Part shown: one piece after another, positions 45,301 through 64,000 of the stretch
Layout of the letters: each line of letters begins with the position of its first letter
Position numbering within the stretch: the first letter of the stretch is position 1
From: Macrostomum lignano
Taxonomy: Eukaryota
Length of the DNA: 64,000 bases
Direction: 5' to 3'
Assembly: GCA_002269645.1 (NCBI GenBank)
Contig: NIVC01001856.1
Coordinates: forward strand, 1-64,000
The notes under the pieces: model-generated
Told to the model about the DNA's origin: nothing
What the model saw: only the letters and a program-made list of their open reading frames with translations
Databases searched by the model: none
Program-made: the position numbers and the translations under genes

Positions 45301-48300
45301 GGAGAAGCTCAGCCAGTGCATCGGCATCTTTAAATACGTCGAAGACAAGGACGTATTCCAGCGGCACTATCAGCGCCTGCTATCCAAACGGTTGATCCTG
45401 GGCGTGTCGCACTCGTCCGAGGCCGAGGAGGGCATGATCTCTAAGCTGAAGTCTGCCTGCGGCTACGAGTTCACTTCCAAATTTCAGCGCATGTTTCACG
45501 ATGTCCGGCTGTCCGAGTCGCAGTCGTCCGATTTTGCCGACGCGCACGGACGCGACGCTCTGGGCATCTCTCTGCACGTGTTCGTGCTGACCCAGGGCGC
45601 CTGGCCTCTGCAGGCGTCGAATACGCCGTTTCCCAGGCTGCCCAGCCCGCTGGAGCGCGGGGTGACGCTGTTTCAGCGGTACTATACTAATAAGTTCCAG
45701 GTAAGTAAAGCTTGTTCTGGTGAAGTACAGAATTCCTTAACATTCCAATGTAAAACCGAAAGCCATGAATTTGAACTCGCAAGTCGGGAGTCCCGAACTC
45801 ACGTTATTATTTATTAGAGGCAGAGGGCTGTGTACACCTTGGCGCACTTTAAGCGACATTGTCACACAACCGGCGAGAGGCATTGCCGCCCATTCCGCCG
45901 ACTCCCCTGAGCAGGCACACAAGCGCGCGGATACGTACGCAGTCATACGCACAGGCACACACTCACACAGGAGTGTACAGCGGCCCTAACTTTACAGTGC
46001 CTTGAGGGTTGGCCCTCAAAGGCGTTAATTGCACGAGCAGAGCCAAGCCGAGATTCCAATTTAGCCCCAAATAATGCGACTGCACTTGGAATCGAGCCTG
46101 GGCCGCTGGCGCATCAGAGCGCCGCGCTAGACCATTGGGCTGCAACCCCCCCCCCGTTACTGAACTCGCAGTCAGGAATCCCGAACTTGCAGTCAGGAAT
46201 CCCGAAGTCGCAGTCAGGAATCCCGAAGTCACAGTCAGGAATCCCGAACTCACAGTCAGGAATCCCGAACTTGCAGTCAGGAATCCCGAAGTCACAGTCA
46301 GGAATTCCGAAGTCACAGTCAGGAATTCCGAAGTCACAGTCAGGAATTCCGAAGTCACAGTCAGGAATCCCGAAGTCACAGTCAGGAATCCCGAAGTCAC
46401 AGTCAGGAATCCCGAACTCGCAGTCAGGAATCCCGAAGTCACAGTCAGGAATTCCGAAGTCACAGTCAGGAATCCCGAAGTCACAGTCAGGAATTCCGAA
46501 GTCACAGTCAGGAATTCCGAAGTCACAGTCAGGAATCCCGAACTCGCAGTCAGGAATCCCGAAGTCACAGTCAGGAATCCCGAAGTCACAGTCAGGAATC
46601 CCGAAGTCACAGTCAGGAATCCCGAAAGCAGTTGCAGTCTATAAACACACAAAAAGCTGTCCTCCCCATTCCACTAGGGCCGGCGCCTCACCTGGCTGCA
46701 TGCGCACGGCACAGCCGACATGAAGCTGAAGTTCAGTCGCACCTATTCGGCTACTGTTGGCGCAGCCCAGGCCATCCTGCTGCTGCAGTTCAACGACCTG
46801 CCAGCTAGCCGGACCCTGTCGCTAGCCGATCTGGCTAACGCAGTCGGTGTCGGCGAGGCCGAACTGCAGCGCTGCCTGGCCCCCCTCATCGACTGCGGCA
46901 TCCTGCAGGCCGACGCGACTGGCCAGCAGCTGCACGTCAATCAGGAGTTTCACAGCAAGCGGTCGCGACTCCGGGTCCTGCCTGCGCCAGCCAAGGAGGC
47001 CGAGAAAGAGCAGGAGCGTGTCGCCTCCCAGATTCAGGAGGATCGAAAATTCTTCCTGCAGGCGGCGATTGTGCGGATTATGAAGGATCGAAAACGGCTT
47101 AACTTTAATAGCCTTACTCAGCTGGTTAGTTTCATGTTCCGAGCTTAATACTGTAGCATGTTGTTTAACTTGCCCCGTGTCCTTAGCTAATTAGTCTCAC
47201 CTTTGATGCCCCCGTGTCCTTAGCTAATTAGTCTCACCTTTGATGCCCCCGTGTCCTTAGCTAATTAGGCTCACCTTTGATACCCTTGTATCCTTAGCTA
47301 ATTAGGCTTACCTTTGATGCCCCGTGTCCCTAGATAATAAGGCTCACTTTTGATACCCTTGTATCCTTAGCTAATTAGGCTCACCTTTGATACCCTTGTA
47401 TCCTTAGCTAATTAGTCTCACCTTTGATACCCTTGTATCCTTAGCTAATTAGGCTCACCTTTGATACCCTTGTATCCTTAGCTAATTAGTCTCACCTTTG
47501 ATACCCTTGTATCCTTAGCTAATTAGGCTCACCTTTGATACCTCTGTATCCTTAGCTAATTAGGCTCACCTTTGATACCTCTGTATCCTTAGCTAATTAG
47601 TCTCACCTTTGATACCCTTGTATCCTTAGCTAATTAGGCTCACCTTTGATACCTCTGTATCCTTAGCTAATTAGGCTCACCTTTGATACCTCTGTATCCT
47701 TAGCTAATTAGGCTCACCTTTGATACCTCTGTATCCTTAGCTAATTAGGCTCACCTTTGATACCTCTGTGTCCTTAGCTAATTAAGGCTCACCTTTGATA
47801 CCTCTGTATCCTTAGCTAATTAGGCTCACCTTTGATACCCTTGTATCCTTAGCTAATTAGGCTCACCTTTGATACCTCTGTATCCTTAGCTAATTAGGCT
47901 CACCTTTGATGCCCCAGTGTCCCTAGATAATAAGGCTCACCTTTGATACCCTTGTATCCTTAGCTAATTAGTCTCACCTTTGATGCCCCCGTGTCCTTAG
48001 CTAATTAGTCTCACCTTTGATGCCCCCGTGTCCTTAGCTAATTAGTCTCACCTTTGATGCCCCCGTGTCCTTAGCTAATTGGTCTCACCTTTGATGCCCC
48101 CGTGTCCTTAGCTAATTAGTCTCACCTTTGATGCCCCCGTGTCCTTAGCTAATTAGTCTCACCTTTGATGCCCCCCGTGTCCTTAGCTAATTAGTCTCAC
48201 CTTTGATGCCCCCGTGTCCTTAGCTAATTAGTCTCACCTTTGATGCCCCCGTGTCCTTAGCTAATTGGTCTCACCTTTGATGCCCCCGTGTCCTTAGCTA

Positions 48301-48634
48301 ATTAGGCTCACCTTTGATGCCCCCGTGTCCTTAGCTAATTAGTCTCACCTTTGATGCCCCCGTGTCCTTAGCTAATTGGTCTCACCTTTGATGCCCCCGT
48401 GTCCTTAGCTAATTAGGCTCACCTTTGATGCCCCGTGTCCCTAGATAATAAGGCTTATACTTTCTCTCCTTACTCCTACTTATCAATAACTGCAACCCGC
48501 AGGTGCTGGTGCAGACAACTCCCAGGTTCAAGCCGGAGGTGAAGATGATCAAGACCTGCATAGAGAGTCTCATTGAGAAGGAATACTTGACCAGATCTCA
48601 GGCCAAGCTAGACGAGATCAGCTACAACGGTTAA
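42394..48634 (+). CDS. CUL2: Cullin-2, 743 aa
   Basis: Exons 42394-43202, 43853-44202, 45207-45700, 46678-47124 and 48503-48634 (2232 nt, in frame, GT-AG). N-terminus LKPHQVDFDLAWNKL...IYSLCVAAPEP...ADLCYGG is CUL2-like; also KSPELLARYVD, FKYVEDKDVFQ, GYEFTSKFQRMF and the neddylation motif QAAIVRIMKDRK. Confidence 0.95.
43248..43608. mobile_element. MITE-like element rich in TCCGGA/ATCCGGAT palindromes in CUL2 intron 1
   Basis: Imperfect TIRs CCCGCTGGAAAA and TTTTCCGCGGG; the interior has many short CCGG-centred palindromes. Confidence 0.45.
44430..45180. repeat. 31-bp minisatellite (GGACTAGATAGGGTGAGATTTTGATTCTCTC), CUL2 intron 2
   Basis: About 24 copies. Confidence 0.95.
45804..46152 (-). 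mobile_element. tRNA-derived SINE, CUL2 intron 3
   Basis: Minus-strand head GGGGTTGCAGCCCAATGGTCTAGCGCG...GGCTCGATTCC (A and B boxes). Body homologous to 50864-51214, with an (AAT)-type tail. Confidence 0.8.
46158..46628. repeat. 21-bp minisatellite (CAGTCAGGAATCCCGAAGTCA), CUL2 intron 3
   Basis: About 22 copies; one degenerate unit also lies left of the SINE (45770-45800). Confidence 0.95.
47172..48450. repeat. 37-bp minisatellite (CCTTAGCTAATTAGGCTCACCTTTGATACCTCTGTAT), CUL2 intron 4
   Basis: About 34 copies in two variant blocks. Confidence 0.96.
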
Positions 48635-50158
48635 TACACAGAGGCAGATACACTGTACTGCAGTATCTACAATCTAAAAGAAGAACTTAGCAGCTAGCAG
48701 TTTGTTGTCAGGCAGGGCTTACTAAACCTACTGTTTTATTACATGTAGATTGTCGTTTGCGCGTTCGCACCGTGTTTGGGTTATTATGAATAATTAACCG
48801 TAACCAATGACTATAGAATAATGGGGCTGTAGTTAATAGCTACATAGCAATCAATACTGTTGTTTGGGTATTGTATTAACGCTAACAATACAATAAACTT
48901 TATTTGTATAGCTAATTGCATAGATACAGGAAACATCTACTGTACCTCTATTATACCGTATAAAGCGCTCTGAGGAACGTGTAACAGCGTTGAGGAAGAT
49001 GAGAAAGCGATGTTTTTAGTTTTATTCAACGCCATCTATTTAGAATTTCATATTTAACTGATCCGCCGTCTTGCGTATGCCCTCCTGTACTTGGCTGGCT
49101 TGATTATTATGAATTTGCGAAAAATAATGCTTTGTAATGATTCAATTTATTCCAGCAGACTAAATTATTATCAATTTTTTTCTTGTGTTTCTACTTTCTT
49201 TTTTTATAAAAAAGTTTGTACTACTTTGCTAGTCCGTTTCTAGCATACTTTGATGCTACTATCAGTAGCAACTAGCGAATGCATATTTCCTAGCAGGTTT
49301 AGTGTATTGAAGGTTAGGAATAAAAAGAATTTTCCATATTCAACGGATTTCGTTGGGTAAGTTGAACTTTTCCCCTATTAGTACTCGTAGGCAAGTTTCA
49401 AAAATCTTTCTAACTGCCCATCAATTTCTCTCTGTGCGCATGAGTAGGCAGCCTTCCATCTCCTTTAAGATCCCTACGTGTACTAAAAATTTGTGCACGC
49501 TTCGCTGCACCCGTCCGTCCCTCACGCCATGGGGCGCTTCTAATCAGGACGCTACAATGGATGGAATAATGTTATTAGATCAAAGCCTAGGCGTATGTTA
49601 ATGCAGAGGGACTTTTTTCTAGCACGTCTTGGATAAGCCTTTTAAATCCTTTCTATCAACGCTGTGTGCTACTTAAGTCTATGAAGATGGCGGCGCTTAT
49701 TTCCCGTGAAGCTCGAGATTAAGATAGCGGGGAGAAATTTGCGTGGGTGTTTCGTGTTCTAGCCAATGAGGGAATGCGTAGAGCTTGTTCAGCAATCTTA
49801 CATGGCCTATATATATCTGGGCTTTAAGCACTGGTTTAGCATTGTCGGCACTCCTAAGTATTCCTGTTCAATTCAGCCGGAACTTCTCTATGTAAGTACT
49901 TATATAATTAGTTTTGCCTGAATAATTTGGGTTTGTATCGCCATTGACGTTTTATATTGGACGCCATAGACATTCAAGCCAGGCCACACAGATCACACCC
50001 TAGTCATAGACTTGAGCAGTTTAGCTAAGTCTACTGAGGGAGGCTTTGCCATAGACTATAACCTGGACATTCAAAACGGGAATTGGACTGAGATTTTATA
50101 GCTCTATGTCCCTCCATCCCCTGTTTGCTCGTCTTTGGCCTGAAAGCGATCCCATTCA

Positions 50159-50465
50159 ATGGCGCCACGAATTCCTGTAGCAGATCGCCAGCGGCTGATT
50201 GATGCGATTATTAAATAAAGGTCATCCATCGCAGCAGCTGCAAGAATCTTTCAAATCAAGAAGACAAGCGCATTCCGAATCGCTGCCAACTTTCGACTCG
50301 ATGACAGAGTAGAATCCCATCCTCGCGGTGGTCAGAAAGGATTGTGCAAGGCCGATCAGGAAATGAGAGAATTCTTGGTTGAGAAACTCTATAAAAATCC
50401 TTTCGATGAGACGCTCAAGGAAATGTCTGAACTGCTGACCGAGCGCTTTCCCCGAGCAGTTTCAT
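50159..50465 (+). pseudogene. Tc1/IS630-like transposase N-terminal fragment
   Basis: MAPRIPVADRQRLIDAIIK*RSSIAAAARIFQIKKTSAFRIAANF...HPRGGQKG...EFLVEKLYKNPFDETLKEMSELLTERFPRAVS: a paired-like HTH pattern with one stop and no DDE domain. Confidence 0.6.
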
Positions 50466-50863
50466 GTTCATTTTTAAATATTCCAGTGGCCCTGAGATAT
50501 AAAAAATACGTTAAATACGCAGCTTAATTGATTCAGTGATTGCTTGATTGATCCAGTGATTGATTGATTCAGTGATTGATTGATCCAGTGATTGATTGCT
50601 TGGTACAGTGATTGATTAATTGATTCAGTGATTTATTAATTGATTCAGTGATTGATTCAGTGATTGATTAATTGATTCAGTGATTGATTCAGTGATTGAT
50701 TGATTAATTGATTCAGTTATTGATTAATAGATTCAGTGATTGATTAATTGTTTCAGTGATTGATTAATTGTTTCAGTGATTGATTACTTGATTCAGTGAT
50801 TGATTGCTTGATACAGTGATTGATTGCTTGATACAGTGATTGATTGATTGATCCAGTGATTGA

Positions 50864-51214
50864 TTTTTTTATTAGAGGCAGGGGTTTGTGTGCACCGTGG
50901 CGCACTTTAAGCGACATAGGCACACAACCGGCGAGAGGCATTGCTGCCCATTCCGCCGACTCCCCTGAGCAGGCATACAAGCGCGCGGATACGTACGCAG
51001 GCACAGGAGTGTACAGCGGCCCTAACTTTATATTATCGTTAGGCATGTACACTTCACTGTGCCTTGGGGGGTTGGCTCTCAAGGCCGTTAATTGCACGAG
51101 CAGAGCCAAGCCGAGATTCCAATTCAGCCCCAAATTAATGTGACTGCACTTGGAATCGAGCCCGGGTCGCTGGCACACCAGAGCAGCTGCGCTACCGCTT
51201 GGCTACGGCCCCCC
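50864..51214 (-). mobile_element. tRNA-derived SINE embedded in an (AATC)-type microsatellite
   Basis: Head GGGGCCGTAGCCAAGCGGTAGCGC...GGGCTCGATTCC; 3' end CCTCTAATAAAAAAATCAATC. Confidence 0.85.
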
Positions 51215-52371
51215 TATCCAGTGATCGATTGATTGACTGATCCAGTGATTGATTGATTGATCCAGTGATTGATTGATTGGTCCAGTGATTGATTGATTGG
51301 TCCAGTGATTGATTGATTGACGCAGAGAGAATTCTTGGTTGAGAAACTCTATAAAAATCCTTTCGATGAGACGCTCAAGGAAATGTCTGAACTGCTGACC
51401 GAGCGCTTTCCCCGAGCAGTTTCATGTTCATTTTTAAATATTCCAGTGGCCCTGAGATATAAAAAATACGTTAAATAAGGCGAATTCCCGTTTTGAATGG
51501 CTTTTTCCCATTTAGATTGTCCATTCCACATTCCTATGGTTGTGCATTCCCAAGCAGCCGTCAAAAGCGATAGCACCCGTTTCAAAGAGCCTGCTGGTAC
51601 CGACTGGACAGAGAAGACTGATAAGGAGGTTTGGATAGATAATTGAACTGGAAAAGCAGTGACGTGATGAATTGCGTACTTGGGTGAAAGTCTATATTAC
51701 AGTGTACAATAGAATGTACAGCCAAGTCTGCGTATACTCGTAGTAAAGTCTTGGCATAACTGAGTGTTGAAGTGGCAGCGATAGTCTATGGCCAGCCCTG
51801 CTGACCAGGCCGGTAGGAACGAGATCTTTGTTATCAATGATTTTCCGGCTTCGGAGTGAAAAGTTTAACGGCGCTTCATTGAATTGAGAATAATCATTTT
51901 TTGAGACATTTTATTTCAATAATTAACGTCGTTTGAGAAGCTAGTTTGAGCCGCTTCTTGAATATTTGATTTGCTTGTTTTCGACTAGGCTCTATAGGAT
52001 TAGTAATACGGATTAGTTGGGAAAATTTCTTCGACTGTTCGCTCTGTGTGATGATGCGTGATTGTTTTGTTTTTTTAGCCTGCTTTGGGGAATTATTTTT
52101 TGTATGAAAAAATCTTTGCTGAATAATTGAACTGAAATTTATTGAAGGCAGGAATATATTTGATGCATTCGAGCGCGCAGCCTACTAAGATGCATCATTT
52201 TTTCTTTGTACACCTGCTGACACCCACTCTCTCCATCTCTGTCACCTGGTCTCCTGTTTATTTTTCTTAAAATAGCTCAAAATTTCTTGTTTTTCTTCAG
52301 TTTTGTAGATTAATTCCTGTACCAATAAAATTTACCAACTTGCTGAGGACAACCTATCAAGAGACTAGCTA

Positions 52372-52600
52372 CTCCTGCTCCAAAACGTATTACTCTACTC
52401 TAAGACGTACTCAAAACTACTCTTAAGCGTACTCAAAACTACCCTAAGACGTACTCAAAACTAATCTAAAGAGGTACTCAAAACTAGTCTAAAGAGGTAC
52501 TCAAAACTAGTCTAAGAGGTACCATTTTTAGTATATTGGAAGTACTCAAAACTACTTTAAGACGCGCCAAAAGCTACTCTAAAACGTACTCAAAGATTCC
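52372..52600. repeat. Degenerate ~21-bp repeat (GTACTCAAAACTACTCTAAGA)
   Basis: About 9 imperfect copies upstream of TRPM. Confidence 0.75.
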
Positions 52601-52771
52601 CGAGAACTAGTCAGAACTAATTGCTACTGTAGATTTTCTTATTTCCAGAACAATTGATTATTTTAAAAGTGCAAGCTTACAAACAAAGTTGCTTCTATGT
52701 TGATCCTATTTCAGTAATCCCTCGCCCGGTAGCTGACAGCGAGGCTTTTAGCCTCCCCGCAATCACTCAGA

Positions 52772-64000
<11,229 letters not shown>

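Noticed and set aside
49596-50150. Possible solo LTR (TG start, TATA-like box)
   Set aside because: No second copy, TSD, PBS or clear CA end is visible in the window.
51150-51214. tRNA gene
   Set aside because: It has A and B boxes but no complete acceptor stem or cloverleaf, and it continues into a SINE body; the same holds for 46090-46150, 55213-55277 and 58010-58075.

Overview
Eukaryotic (metazoan) genomic DNA with GC-rich exons and introns filled with tandem repeats. The architecture resembles the flatworm Macrostomum; this is an inference, not a database result. Six spliced protein-coding genes can be reconstructed by hand: a Schnurri/HIVEP zinc-finger gene (-, 550-6865, with four apparent single-base frameshifts), a front-end fatty-acid desaturase (-, 14450-21582), an NPY/NPF neuropeptide precursor (+, 24866-26322), an apolipoprotein-L-like gene (-, 31474-33352), cullin-2 (+, 42394-48634) and a TRPM channel (+, 52772 to beyond the window end). 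Mobile DNA includes tRNA-derived SINEs (one with a CORE/MIR-like domain), Tc1/IS630-like transposase fragments, several TIR elements/MITEs, and a decayed Penelope-like retroelement inside a block almost devoid of CpG (about 38.4-42.0 kb). The very long ORFs in the track (16.3-20.2 kb, 28 kb, 61-62 kb) are minisatellite artefacts. No CRISPR array, rRNA or intact tRNA was found. All coordinates and counts were read by eye.
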